Program-made: the position numbers and the translations under genes
Part shown: positions 37,571-46,685 of the stretch, one piece after another
Layout of the letters: each line of letters begins with the position of its first letter
Position numbering within the stretch: position 1 is the first letter of the stretch
The notes under the pieces: generated by a model
What the model saw: the letters and a program-made list of their open reading frames with translations, nothing else
Database searches by the model: none
What the model was told of the DNA's origin: nothing
Source: an uncultured Coriobacteriia bacterium
GTDB taxonomy: Bacteria > Actinomycetota > Coriobacteriia > Coriobacteriales > QAMH01
Assembly: GCA_902475535.1 (NCBI GenBank)
Contig: CABRZR010000008.1
Location: 12,217 to 76,216 of the forward strand
Direction: 5' to 3'
Length of the DNA stretch: 64,000 nt

Positions 37571-38854
37571 CTAGAGAACTTCAAGCCCCACTTCACGCAG
37601 GTAACGGCCCTGATCGTCACGTTCAAGCACGTTATAGGAGACGACGGGCGTGCAACGCGTGCCCGCGAGCGCGTCCACAAAGCCTAGCGGAAAAGCAAGC
37701 GAATGCTCGTGCGTGCTCTCGATGTAATCGGTGCATCCGGCAGCTTGAAGGCGCTTGAGGGCTACCTCGACGTCCTTGCCGAAGACCTTGCCCGACTTGA
37801 GGAAGAAGTCCTCTTCGTCGAAGCTGAAGCAGGGATGCATATCGCGCCCGACCTCGTTCATCTGGCGCATCTCGCTGCGGTGCTTGTTGTCGAGCGAGCA
37901 ATAATGCATGCCGAAGGAAAGCCCCTCGTCCATCGCCCAGAGCATGAGCTCGAGTGCAAGTTGCTCGCTACCATCGATGGCCAGCCCGCCGGAGTAGTTG
38001 TAGTCGTACATGACGTCAAAGGGAGGATTGCGCAGCTCGAAGCCACGCTTGGCGAACTCCTCCCAGCTGTGGAAGGGGAAGCAGAACTCGAGGAGGTTCA
38101 TGCCATCGATGCCCGCCTCGTCAAAGCGTCGCATCCAATCGCGCATCGCATCGTCTGTACCGGGGATGATGGGCATCTCGACCATGACCGATGGAATGTA
38201 TTCGGTGGCCATCTGCATGTTGGCGAGCACGCACTCGCGCTGCTCGTCGGTGTCGTCCTGTTTGATCGAGAAGCGAATCTCGTCAAGACCGGCATCACGC
38301 AGCTGCCCGGCCATCTCACGCGTGAGCAGATCTCCCGAGGTATACATGCGCTTGTGGGCGTCACCGAAGAGCTCATGGGCGCGGGCGAGGAAGGCGAGCG
38401 TATCGTCGAAGTTGAGCAGCGGCTCCCCGCCGGTCAGGCCAACGACGGCCATCTTTCCGCCGGTTGATTGCGCAGCCTGTTGCATAACTTCTTCCCATGG
38501 GCAGCCTTCCTCGACGAACTTGTCGTAATCGGCGAGGTTGTAGTTGAAGCAGAAGTAGCAATCGCGGTGGCATTTGAAGGTGGTCGAGAAGGTCTCGCTG
38601 CCGTTTGCGCCGGTACATTCGACGCAGGCGGGAGAGAGCCAACCCACGCGAATGCTCGCGCCGCCGTTGCGCATCTCGGCGCCCCGATTGGCCAGTTGCC
38701 TGCGCAACTCGTCGATCGCATCATGACGTGCGTTTGCATCGGCAAAGGTCAGGCCCTTTTCACGCAGGGCCTCGATGTAGTTTTCCTCGGTGCGCTCGAA
38801 AACACGCAGGGCGTTGCGCAATGACTGGTTGTTCATAAGGTTCCATATCCACAT
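37571..38854 (-). CDS. radical SAM enzyme (PFL-activase-related, uncharacterised subgroup)
   Basis: The product has a CHRDCYFC (CxxxCxxC) cluster motif followed by VGLTGGEPLL. The start could be 38854 or 38836. Confidence 0.75.
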   Translation of the reverse strand: MWIWNLMNNQSLRNALRVFERTEENYIEALREKGLTFADANARHDAIDELRRQLANRGAEMRNGGASIRVGWLSPACVECTGANGSETFSTTFKCHRDCYFCFNYNLADYDKFVEEGCPWEEVMQQAAQSTGGKMAVVGLTGGEPLLNFDDTLAFLARAHELFGDAHKRMYTSGDLLTREMAGQLRDAGLDEIRFSIKQDDTDEQRECVLANMQMATEYIPSVMVEMPIIPGTDDAMRDWMRRFDEAGIDGMNLLEFCFPFHSWEEFAKRGFELRNPPFDVMYDYNYSGGLAIDGSEQLALELMLWAMDEGLSFGMHYCSLDNKHRSEMRQMNEVGRDMHPCFSFDEEDFFLKSGKVFGKDVEVALKRLQAAGCTDYIESTHEHSLAFPLGFVDALAGTRCTPVVSYNVLERDDQGRYLREVGLEVL

Positions 38855-39064
38855 AGACGGCTTTCCACTGGCGATTATAGAGCCACCGAAGGGTGGCGTG
38901 GTGTGGGAAGTGCCGATATACTGTACGAGTTCGCGCCTGGGAGGGATGCGAAGACGCCTGCCATGCTCATGGCAGGCGCGGAAAGCCGCGCGAGCGCTAC
39001 GCGGCTTTTCTCGTATAGGCGCGGGTCTGCAGGAGGGCCGACCCGCACGAACAGGGGGAATTAC

Positions 39065-40081
39065 ATGAAACCTTATAAGACCGTGTTCTACAGCTTCTGC
39101 GTGGGCGGCGTTCTCGCCCTTATCGCGCAGGCCATCTTGTCATTCTGGCAGTTTGCGCTGACCGGTACGCCGATGGAATTCTTCACGGGTGGTGCCACTC
39201 TGGTGAGCATGGGCCTCATCGGCTGCGTGCTCGGTGGTTTTGCGTGCTACCAGTACGTCGAGGAATGGGCTACGTTTGGTGCCTTGCTGCCGTTCTCCGG
39301 TTTCGCGATGGCCGTCGGCATGAAGGGCGTTGGTCCGTGGACCAAGGAAAACGCCTCGATGGGCAAATGCGTCTGGAACTGCGTCTGGTTCGTCATCTGG
39401 TTTAACGTCGTGTTCATGCTCGTGTGCGTCGTGATTGGTTACGTGTGCGGCATGATGGGCGTCCAGCCTGGTCAGAACCTGGGTGTGGCGAAGACCGAGG
39501 GCGGCATGCTCTTCTTCAACGCACTGTGGGTGGGCGGCTTGCTCGCCGCGTTCTTCCAGATTCTGTTCCTGGTCTGCAAGTCCATCACTTCCAAGACGAC
39601 GCCGCTCCACATCCTGATGACGGCATGGATGCTGGGTGCGATCCTCGCGCCCTTCGGCATTTCCGGTGCGCTTGCGAACTTCGCCGGTCAGGGTTTTTCG
39701 GTCATGATCACCGTTGGTGGCTACAACACCTACAACATCGGCATGGACCTGTTCCTCGGTGGCGAGCATGCCATCGCCGGTCTGGTTCACCTGGGTTCCT
39801 TTGCGCTGGCCGTGTGTGGCCTGGCGCTCACGGCGCTGTTTACCTTCTGGATCTACAACGCCATCTTTGGCCGCAAGCCCATCAACGAGGTGCATGCCGA
39901 GAAGGCGCTGCATTCGCTCGAGGAGCTTGGTTATGACGCCTCCATGGTCAAGGTTGCCAAGGTCGAGGAGCAGGAGGGCTTCGATGAGGGGGCCGATGGC
40001 ACGCCCATGGGCACGGGTGGTGCAGTCGATGCCAATGACGATGGCATCGTTGATGTGACCGGAGATGTCATCGATAAATAA
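39065..40081 (+). CDS. polytopic membrane protein resembling a tandem SpoVAC/SpoVAEb-family duplication, with an acidic C-terminal tail
   Basis: ATG 39065 follows GGGGGA. FCVGGVLALIAQ...FGALLPFSGFA in the first half is echoed by LWVGGLLAAFFQ...FAGQGFSVMITVGG in the second. The family assignment is from motif memory only. Confidence 0.5.
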   Translation: MKPYKTVFYSFCVGGVLALIAQAILSFWQFALTGTPMEFFTGGATLVSMGLIGCVLGGFACYQYVEEWATFGALLPFSGFAMAVGMKGVGPWTKENASMGKCVWNCVWFVIWFNVVFMLVCVVIGYVCGMMGVQPGQNLGVAKTEGGMLFFNALWVGGLLAAFFQILFLVCKSITSKTTPLHILMTAWMLGAILAPFGISGALANFAGQGFSVMITVGGYNTYNIGMDLFLGGEHAIAGLVHLGSFALAVCGLALTALFTFWIYNAIFGRKPINEVHAEKALHSLEELGYDASMVKVAKVEEQEGFDEGADGTPMGTGGAVDANDDGIVDVTGDVIDK

Positions 40082-40108
40082 CAGGTTGCGTAAAGGCAAC
40101 TGGTTTTG

Positions 40109-40171
40109 GCGTCGAGGCGTCCGCAATTCCTCAGAAACCCATTCGGAATTGTCGGGCCCCTCGACGCTTTT
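40109..40171 (+). terminator. long imperfect hairpin (GCGTCGAGG...CCTCGACGC) followed by TTTT
   Basis: The outer stem is 9 bp and the inner stem is 7 bp (CAATTCC/GGAATTG), followed by a T-run at 40168-40171. It lies downstream of the SpoVA-like gene. Confidence 0.55.
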
Positions 40172-40250
40172 GCGTAGCCGCAGGTAGTTGACGCAGAATG
40201 AATCCAGTGTAATAATGCAATAGGTAGCGTATGGTGGTTAGCGATGATAG

Positions 40251-41741
40251 TTAGCGATGGTAGTACGCGCGGCGCTCGAAGACGGGCTCGCAGCAGACGT
40301 TGATGCCGAGATTTGCGTAGGTTTTCTCATCTGTCGAGGAGATGATGACCGAGAAATAGGCATCGCAGCCGCGTAGGGCCTCGGTTGCATCGATTGCCCT
40401 CTGGGCGAGAGGGTCGGTGGCCGAGCTAATGGAAAGGGCAATAAGTGTCTCATCTGAGTGAAGACGCGGGTTAATGCTGTGCAGATGCTCGGTCTTGAGA
40501 TGGCAGATGGGCTCGAGGGCCGCATCACTCACGATATAGGTGCTGTCATCGATGCCGGCCACAACCTTGAGGGCGTTGAGCAGGAGCGATGAGGCAGCGC
40601 CAAGGAGCTCCGAAGTCTTGCCGGTGACGAGCGACCCATCGGGAAGTACCAGGGCGCCAGCGGGTAGGCCCGAGACTTCAGCTTTGGCGAGTGCGGCCTG
40701 GTGAGCGGGGGAAAGGTCGACATCGACACCCGCGTCCTTCATGAGAAGTTCGAGCTTGCCGACCTCCTCTTTGCCGGTGCCGACGCGTGCGAGCTGCTCG
40801 CGGGCACGGAAGTAGCGGCGTACGACCTCGTTGCGGGCTGCATCGCTGCAGACCTCATCGTCACAGATGCAATTGCCTACCATATTAACGCCCATATCGG
40901 TGGGGGATTGGTAGGGGCTTTCTCCCAGGATGCTCTCCATCATGGCCTTGAGCACGGGAAATGTCTCGACATCACGGTTGTAGTTGACGGCGATGCTCCC
41001 GTAGGCCTCGAGATGGAACGGATCGATGATGTTGTTGTCCTCAAGATCTGCCGTGGCGGCCTCATAGGCAATGTTGACCGGGTGCTTGAGCGGGAGGTTC
41101 CAGACCGGGAAGGTCTCGAACTTGGCATATCCGCAGGTGACGCCATGCTTGTTCTCGTGATAGAGCTGGGAGAGGCACGTTGCCAGCTTGCCGGAGCCCG
41201 GACCAGGGGCCGTGACGACGACAAGCGGGCGTTCCGTCACGATGTAATCGTTTTTGCCAAAGCCTTCATCGCTCACGATATGCTCGATATCTGACGGATA
41301 GCGGTCAATGACATAGTGACGGTAGCATTTGATGCCCATGGACTCCAGGCGGCGTTGATATGCCTCTGCATGGGGCTGGCCGGTGAATTGCGTGATAACG
41401 ACGCCGCCGACGAGCAGGCCCATCTCGCGATATACATCCATGAGACGCAGAACATCCTCGGAGTAGGCAATGCCGATATCTGAGCGATGCTTATTGCCCT
41501 CTATATGATTAGCGTTGATCGCAATGACGACCTCTGCATCATCGGCCAGGGTCATGAGCATGCGGACCTTGGAATCAGGCTCGAAACCAGGAAGCACGCG
41601 TGAGGCGTGGTAATCGTCGAAAAGCTTGCCACCGAATTCGAGATACAACTTGCCACCAAATTGCGCAATACGCTCCCTGATGCGAGCGGCCTGCATTTCG
41701 ATATACATGTCGTTGTCGAATCCGATGTGCATGCCATACAA
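40251..41741 (-). CDS. DUF1846 / UPF0371-family protein
   Basis: The 496-aa product reads ..MHIGFDNDMYIEMQAARIRERIAQFGGKLYLEFGGKLFDDYHASRVLPGFEPDSK.., matching the conserved N-terminus of this family. Confidence 0.8.
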   Translation of the reverse strand: MYGMHIGFDNDMYIEMQAARIRERIAQFGGKLYLEFGGKLFDDYHASRVLPGFEPDSKVRMLMTLADDAEVVIAINANHIEGNKHRSDIGIAYSEDVLRLMDVYREMGLLVGGVVITQFTGQPHAEAYQRRLESMGIKCYRHYVIDRYPSDIEHIVSDEGFGKNDYIVTERPLVVVTAPGPGSGKLATCLSQLYHENKHGVTCGYAKFETFPVWNLPLKHPVNIAYEAATADLEDNNIIDPFHLEAYGSIAVNYNRDVETFPVLKAMMESILGESPYQSPTDMGVNMVGNCICDDEVCSDAARNEVVRRYFRAREQLARVGTGKEEVGKLELLMKDAGVDVDLSPAHQAALAKAEVSGLPAGALVLPDGSLVTGKTSELLGAASSLLLNALKVVAGIDDSTYIVSDAALEPICHLKTEHLHSINPRLHSDETLIALSISSATDPLAQRAIDATEALRGCDAYFSVIISSTDEKTYANLGINVCCEPVFERRAYYHR

Positions 41742-42228
41742 CCTTCCACTCGAAATTTTTCATCATCATACACGACAGCCGAGACACGAAAAGCAGAGCG
41801 ATGCATTGAATCGGTTGGCGCGTCTCCACAAGAATCCACAAGAAAAGTGACCAAGATATTTTGGCAGAAATTTGGGTCTAACAGAGTGCCAAACGAAGGA
41901 AGATTTCCGGCCCCAAAAAACGAGGCTTCAGAATCGCGCCTGTGGCACTTTTAGAGACTGATTAGCATCGAAACACAGAGAGCAGTCAGAGGGGCTGAGA
42001 AGGCAGTATTTTGCACGAGAGAGCGAATTCAAAATCTGGAAGCAATAAGAGAGAATTTGAAAGCAAAATATTTAGCCCGTACCAGTTGAAGATATGTTAT
42101 TAAGTTGCATAAATAAGGAAATTTGAGAGTGACAGAAAGATCCATGTGGAAAAAGACGGGAGGCCCGAATTATCTGATTTGGAAATAAAAAATTATCAAT
42201 AAATAGATAATCAATATATCCGAATTTG

Positions 42229-43090
42229 AGATAAAGAACTATCTGAGAACAGAATAATAGAGCATATGAAGCCTCGTATTATTAACTGGCACCAGTTAAT
42301 AATACGAGGCTTCTGTTCATTATTTCGTATCAAGAATATATAATTATCAAAATTAAGATAAAGAAAATTAAATCGAGCAAAATTTGTGTTGAAGCAAAAC
42401 TATCCAAATATGAGATAAAACATTATCTAAACAATGAATAGATTAATTCTGATTGGCAAAATATTGATTCTCAGGTGAATTAACTATTAATCAGATAAAG
42501 ATTTATCAGAAGAAGGAATAATAAGATCGGACGAGAAATCAAAATCGGAAAGAGAAGAATCAGCGGGTACCAATAAAAAATATGCATTGTTTTAATCTAG
42601 ATTAGAGATAAAAGAGTTATCTAAAAATCAGTTAATGTTATATCTACAAATAAGATAAAGAATCCTCAGTTGATGATTTTCGCGAGTTCGAAAATACAAA
42701 CGGGAACAAATTGGAATCCTGTTGAAAAAGTCTGGAGGCTCTCTGAGGCACGAGAATCAATTTTGAGCCGTTTTAGTCTCTGCGAAGTCTGTGAGTCCGA
42801 GATGGTTTTCCAGAACGTCTTGAGGCCCAAAATAATCGCTCAAATTTTCAATGCCCAAGATCGAAATTATTATCTGTATTGTGAATAAAGATTTTCAGAA
42901 AATGATTGGATCTGATTTTTCGTTCCTCCTTCGAAACTTTATTATATAAACAGATAAAGATGGCCTGAATCAAAAGTATGGCAAATTAACTCAAATTTAG
43001 ATAAAGATTTCTCTTCAAACAAGCTTTAATAATTCTGCATTGAGAATAATAAAGGAACTCTATCTTAATCTTATTTAATGATAAAGTCTA
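42229..43090 (+). repeat. iteron-like array of nine same-strand AGATAAAGA-type motifs
   Basis: Exact AGATAAAGA occurs at 42229, 42356, 42493, 42653, 42952 and 42999. Variants occur at 42413 (AGATAAAAC), 42606 (AGATAAAAG) and 43079 (TGATAAAGT). One more exact copy lies at 46338. Several extend to AGATAA-N4-5-TTATCT palindromes. Confidence 0.75.
42268..42313. repeat. perfect 22-bp inverted repeat with a 2-nt loop
   Basis: GAAGCCTCGTATTATTAACTGG-CA-CCAGTTAATAATACGAGGCTTC, verified base by base. Confidence 0.9.
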
Positions 43091-43511
43091 ACAGGGTTGT
43101 CCGAAAAATCAGGAATCGAGTTGTGATCGAATCATGAATCGGCTGTTACCCAAACTCTCCATTCACGATAAAAAATCTTTGCGGAAATCTGCTAGAAACA
43201 CTCAAAAAATTAGGATAGCTATCGCGGGATTCAGCCCCCAAAACAAAGGCCTTAGAAGGGCTTAGAATCGCTTGTAGATATACCGTGAAAGCAAGCATCG
43301 ATTTTGTATAGAAAAATGTATATATTGCCTGATAAATCGCTGATATCATCAATTTGCTAACCAGGAGATAACACAGCTAAATCAGGCGTTAGCGCGGCTA
43401 CTGAATCACCTTCGCTATGCGTCTTGGAAATTGGGCCGTGAGAACCACTCAGAAGCCACAGAAAGCGTCAAGCTATCAATTTGTATTTTTTATAGATTTG
43501 CGTATATCACT

Positions 43512-43522
43512 TGGTATATAAT
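43512..43522 (+). promoter_or_regulatory. candidate extended -10 promoter (TGgTATATAAT) for the RHH gene
   Basis: Read from the sequence about 70-85 nt upstream of the RHH ORF. No good -35 box was found. Confidence 0.25.
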
Positions 43523-43590
43523 CTCAAAGACTTTAGATGAGTCAGATCGTCTAGTTACTCGCCAAGAATGTTCTCAAAAATGTAGGTTAG

Positions 43591-43845
43591 GTGGTTGAGT
43601 TGAGTTCAAAAGTCAAACAGGCGAACTTCCGTTTACCCCTCGAGTACATGTCGATGATTGATGATTTCGCGCATCGCGAAAACATCACCAAGGCGGCTGT
43701 CATCACCCGCGCCCTGGATTGCATGCAGGCATCGTACGACTCGGGTAACAACGGAATGCCCGTCACTGATTCCGGTTCGGGTATTTCCGAGCAGGAATTC
43801 AACGATCTTAAGAATCAGCTGAAGCAGGCGGAGGAGCGCGCGTAG
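43591..43845 (+). CDS. ribbon-helix-helix (CopG/Arc/ParG-like) DNA-binding domain protein, terminated by TAG 43843-43845
   Basis: The product reads ..KVKQANFRLPLEYMSMIDDFAHRENITKAAVITRALDCM.., a beta-strand/helix/helix RHH pattern. The start is GTG 43591 or TTG 43600 (after AGGTGG). Confidence 0.6.
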   Translation: MVELSSKVKQANFRLPLEYMSMIDDFAHRENITKAAVITRALDCMQASYDSGNNGMPVTDSGSGISEQEFNDLKNQLKQAEERA

Positions 43846-44508
43846 GCCGCAGAGCAGCGTGCGAACGACGCCGTTTTGGCTCGCGATGCCGCCGAGGCGA
43901 AGGCTCGCGAAGCGGTGGCGGATGCAAGCGTCGCAGCCCCCATCGTTGCCGCAGTCAACTCCGTTTCGGACGACGAGATCGAGCGCCTCAAGGCACTGGT
44001 TGCCAAGCAGGAGGCAAGCCTCGAAGAGAAGACAAAGGCACTTGCCGCCAAGGAAGCCGAGGTTGCAGCAAAGGAGGCGCAGATTGCCGAGCGCGACGCT
44101 CGCATCACGTCTCTGAGCGAGCAGCTCGGTGCGGCAAATGCCAAGGCTCAGCTGGCCGCCACCGCTCAGACCGTGAGCGTCGCACCCATAGATGGTGGTG
44201 GTTCACCCGGAGAAGATTCAACCCGTGCGCTGACCATGCTTAACATGCTTGGCGGTGTCATGGGTGCATTCCAGCAGCAGGTCGACGACGCTCGCCAGGT
44301 GGGTGAGCAAGAAGGCCGCTCGGCTGTTCAGAAAGAGCTCGAGGATATGATCAATAGGGCTCGCAACGATGGTTATCGTGACGCAATGACATATCTCGAT
44401 GACCGTGTCACAACCGCACGTGAGTCTGGGGCCAAGGAGGAAAGAGCACGTATCGCCAACATGGGATTCTTCGAACGCCGCCGTTACCTCAAGATTCACT
44501 TAGCCTAA
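43846..44508 (+). CDS. Ala/Glu-rich coiled-coil protein in the same frame as the RHH ORF, directly after its TAG (possible second half of one gene)
   Basis: The frame is identical to 43591 (43876-43591 = 285). The sequence across the stop reads AEERA*AAEQRANDAVLARDAAEAKAREAV..AKEAEVAAKEAQIAERDARITSLSEQL. No ATG occurs near the 5' end, and the track uses TTG 43876. Confidence 0.5.
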   Translation, partial: AAEQRANDAVLARDAAEAKAREAVADASVAAPIVAAVNSVSDDEIERLKALVAKQEASLEEKTKALAAKEAEVAAKEAQIAERDARITSLSEQLGAANAKAQLAATAQTVSVAPIDGGGSPGEDSTRALTMLNMLGGVMGAFQQQVDDARQVGEQEGRSAVQKELEDMINRARNDGYRDAMTYLDDRVTTARESGAKEERARIANMGFFERRRYLKIHLA

Positions 44509-44575
44509 AGGAAGCATCAAACACACACCAGGTTTCACCACTTACCACGACTTCCGCACTTCCCTTACAACCCTC

Positions 44576-44613
44576 CAGCGACTCCGGATCCACCTACCGG
44601 GGTCGCTGTTTTT
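44576..44613 (+). terminator. rho-independent terminator (CAGCGACTCCGG...CCGGGGTCGCTG + TTTTT)
   Basis: It has a stem of about 11 bp, a 9-nt loop and a T-run at 44609-44613, about 70 nt after the coiled-coil ORF stop. A second hairpin ATGCCTGC-N14-GCAGGCAT + TTTT follows at 44614-44647. Confidence 0.6.
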
Positions 44614-44695
44614 ATGCCTGCAAACGCTCAAGGCGGCAGGCATTTTTGCTGTCAAAATCCTGCGCTGCTCGGGTCGCCGTGGGTGCTCGGGGCAT

Positions 44696-45019
44696 GAGAT
44701 TTCTCCACTTCGGCGCTGCGCGCCTCCGGTCGAAATGACAAGGGGGCGGGCTGCGTCCCGTGCTCGAAATGACGGGGAAGCGGGTCCCGCTCGTGCTCGA
44801 AATGACAGGGGAATGGGCTGCGTCCCGTGCTCGAAATGACGGGGAAGCGGGCCCCGCCCGTGCTCGGAATGGCAGGGGAGCGAGTCCCGCCCGTGCTCGA
44901 AATGGCAGTGCGGCGGGATCATTTTGATTGCTTGCGAAACGCGGATTGATGGCGAAATGGAGGGGCGGTTTTTGTCATTTCGACCGAAGCGAGCGTAGCG
45001 AGCGGAGTGGAGAAATCTC
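44696..45019. repeat. family FB composite: B unit + five tandem 33-34-bp units + inverted A unit
   Basis: GAGATTTCTCCACTT..GGTCGAAATGACA spans 44696-44740. The tandem units span 44741-44773, 44774-44806, 44807-44840, 44841-44873 and 44874-44906, each ending GTGCTCG(A/G)AATG(A/G)C. TGTCATTTCGACCGAAGCGAGCGTAGCGAGCGGAGTGGAGAAATCTC spans 44973-45019. Confidence 0.9.
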
Positions 45020-46656
45020 TCACGCCGCGCATCCGAAAGGGTTCTCGAAGCGTTTGGGAACACCACTTTTTGGTTCGCGTCGGTGACTCGATACGATAAT
45101 TGACTGGTACCAGTGATAGCGAAACGAGACGTTCTGGGCGGAAGGAAAATGAGAGTCGAAACGGTGATAGTGATAGGTCGATTTTAGGGTTTGCGAGTGC
45201 CTGATTTTGCTACTCACGAGAGGGCTGGGAAGCTGATATTTCGATGAGAATGTCGGTCAGTTGAGGCGTGCGAATGGGGCCGTGGCTTCTGTATCGGGAG
45301 CCGATTTTGAATCTAGGATTATGATGCGACGCCGCCAAAATCAGCTCATTATTTGAGCGATTCATGATGGAGAGCTGAAGCAAAATTGGCGGCGCGGGAG
45401 AATCGTGGAAGTCTGCCGAGGCTCCCGCGATTTCGTCTCAGGTTCCGCGCCAGCAAGTTTATGAACCGATTTTATTGGAGCGGGGGTTCCGCGCCTTGGC
45501 GCGGAGATGCGCGCTAAATTGCCGCGCGATGCCGTGGTCGTTTTTTGGAGCGCGGCGAGGCATACGGAGGATGGATTAGGGCGTGTGGTTGGTTGGTGGT
45601 TTTCGGGGGTGTGTTGGTCGTTGACGCGTGGAGAATATGGCTGTTGGGCACCATTGTCTTAGGGGTGGCTGCTGAACCGAAATGACCAAGATACTTGAAG
45701 TGAATAGGGAGGGGTAACGCGAGGCGCTATCTTGGTCTGGTGATGAGGATCCAAGGGGATTGCGATAGGTCGGTTGGTGCGTCTGGAGAAGCCCGAATTG
45801 AGTTGAATCGCTATAACGAATTGCCTCAAATGAGGAGAGGGTTGGGCGATTTCAGCCGAATCGCTATATGCAGAACGCGGTTTGGGAATGCGTGATTGGA
45901 TTTTTGGGAACGTGTGGAGGGATGGATGGGTCGCGTAGGTGTCTCCTAGAGCTGTTTTTGGCTCTGCAGCGAACGGCTTGGCTTCCTTGCGCAGCGAGGA
46001 CGAAAAACGATGCGTCAGAATCGATTCTAAGGCGTTTTGCCCGTATGGCAGGTATCCGAATGTGCCAGAAGAACATAAAAGGGCTTAAAACGCCTTAAAA
46101 TGCGCCAAATGTCTCCCAGGCTTGATTTGGAAGCCTTGGATGAGAATTGAGCGGCGCGAAAGGGGTTTCGAGCCCAATCTGGACCCCGATTCTCCTTCAG
46201 GGGAATCCAAATCGGACCGAAATCACGAAAAAGGGCCTCGATGCATAGTAGCGTCAGAATTGTCAATCATTTTTTCGCAAAGAGAGACGAGCAACTCAGA
46301 GAAGATAAGAAAATCCGTGCGAATATATCTAGAAATAAGATAAAGAATTTGAATGTTTGGCTGGTGAGGGCGCGAAAAATGCGCAATTGGTTTCGTGAAG
46401 AACTTGCCAACCAAATGTGGAGGAATTGTGAAGACGAAAAATAGTTTTGAGCTTGGGTTTTGCTTGCAAATGGCTAGAAATGGCCAAAATTCAACCCTTG
46501 CTGCTACCAAAATGCCTTAGCAGTCTAATTTACGTGTTTATCCAGGAGTTCTATAGACACTCTATACAAATGTAGCGCAAAAGCTATGTAATGCTTGCAG
46601 GGTGGTAGAAGCTGCTAAACCCGCAGGTAGATGGCACAATTGCCAAAGTTTCTCGC

Positions 46657-46685
46657 TTGCAAGGCAAAACGCGATTTTGTACATT
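46657..46685 (+). promoter_or_regulatory. candidate sigma-70-type promoter of the giant gene (TTGCAA-17 nt-TACATT)
   Basis: The hexamers lie at 46657-46662 and 46680-46685 with a 17-nt spacer, 32 nt upstream of ATG 46718. Confidence 0.35.

Noticed and set aside
16452-40126. Other long antisense ORFs: 16452..17684(+), 19026..20003(+), 21141..22268(-), 25570..26448(+), 28020..29306(+), 31765..32886(+), 34976..36061(-), 37703..38467(+) and 39140..40126(-)
   Set aside because: Each overlaps, on the opposite strand, a gene with a strong family signature (helD, icd, LRR, metH, dapL, ygiQ/hypothetical, cstA, radical SAM, SpoVA-like). They have the compositional signature of shadow ORFs.
42670-42888. 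72-aa ORF (and other 60-95-aa ORFs at 43146-43352 and 45864-46510) inside the AT-rich island
   Set aside because: They have no RBS, odd composition, mutual overlaps in different frames and no recognisable motifs. They are most likely chance ORFs, although small proteins cannot be excluded without expression data.
43843-43845. In-frame TAG as pyrrolysine or genome-wide amber reassignment
   Set aside because: TAG is used as an ordinary terminator by hisZ (5035-5037), hisD (7138-7140), hisC and others in this window, and no pyl genes are visible. A local nonsense mutation or leaky read-through is more parsimonious.
44741-44906. Possible CRISPR array (regular ~33-bp repeats)
   Set aside because: The units are directly adjacent with no unique spacers, and they belong to the FB repeat family. 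No cas genes are nearby.
44542-45066. Minus-strand 174-aa ORF
   Set aside because: It is a read-through of the FB composite repeat (repeated ..FRARAGP../..HSEHGRG.. peptides mirror the 33-bp tandem units). It has no RBS or gene context.
41849-45693. TGACCAAGATA direct repeat (41849 and 45683) as possible att-like ends of an inserted element
   Set aside because: The shared sequence is only 11-12 bp. A match of this length is roughly expected by chance within 5 kb by my estimate, and no integrase or tRNA target is present.
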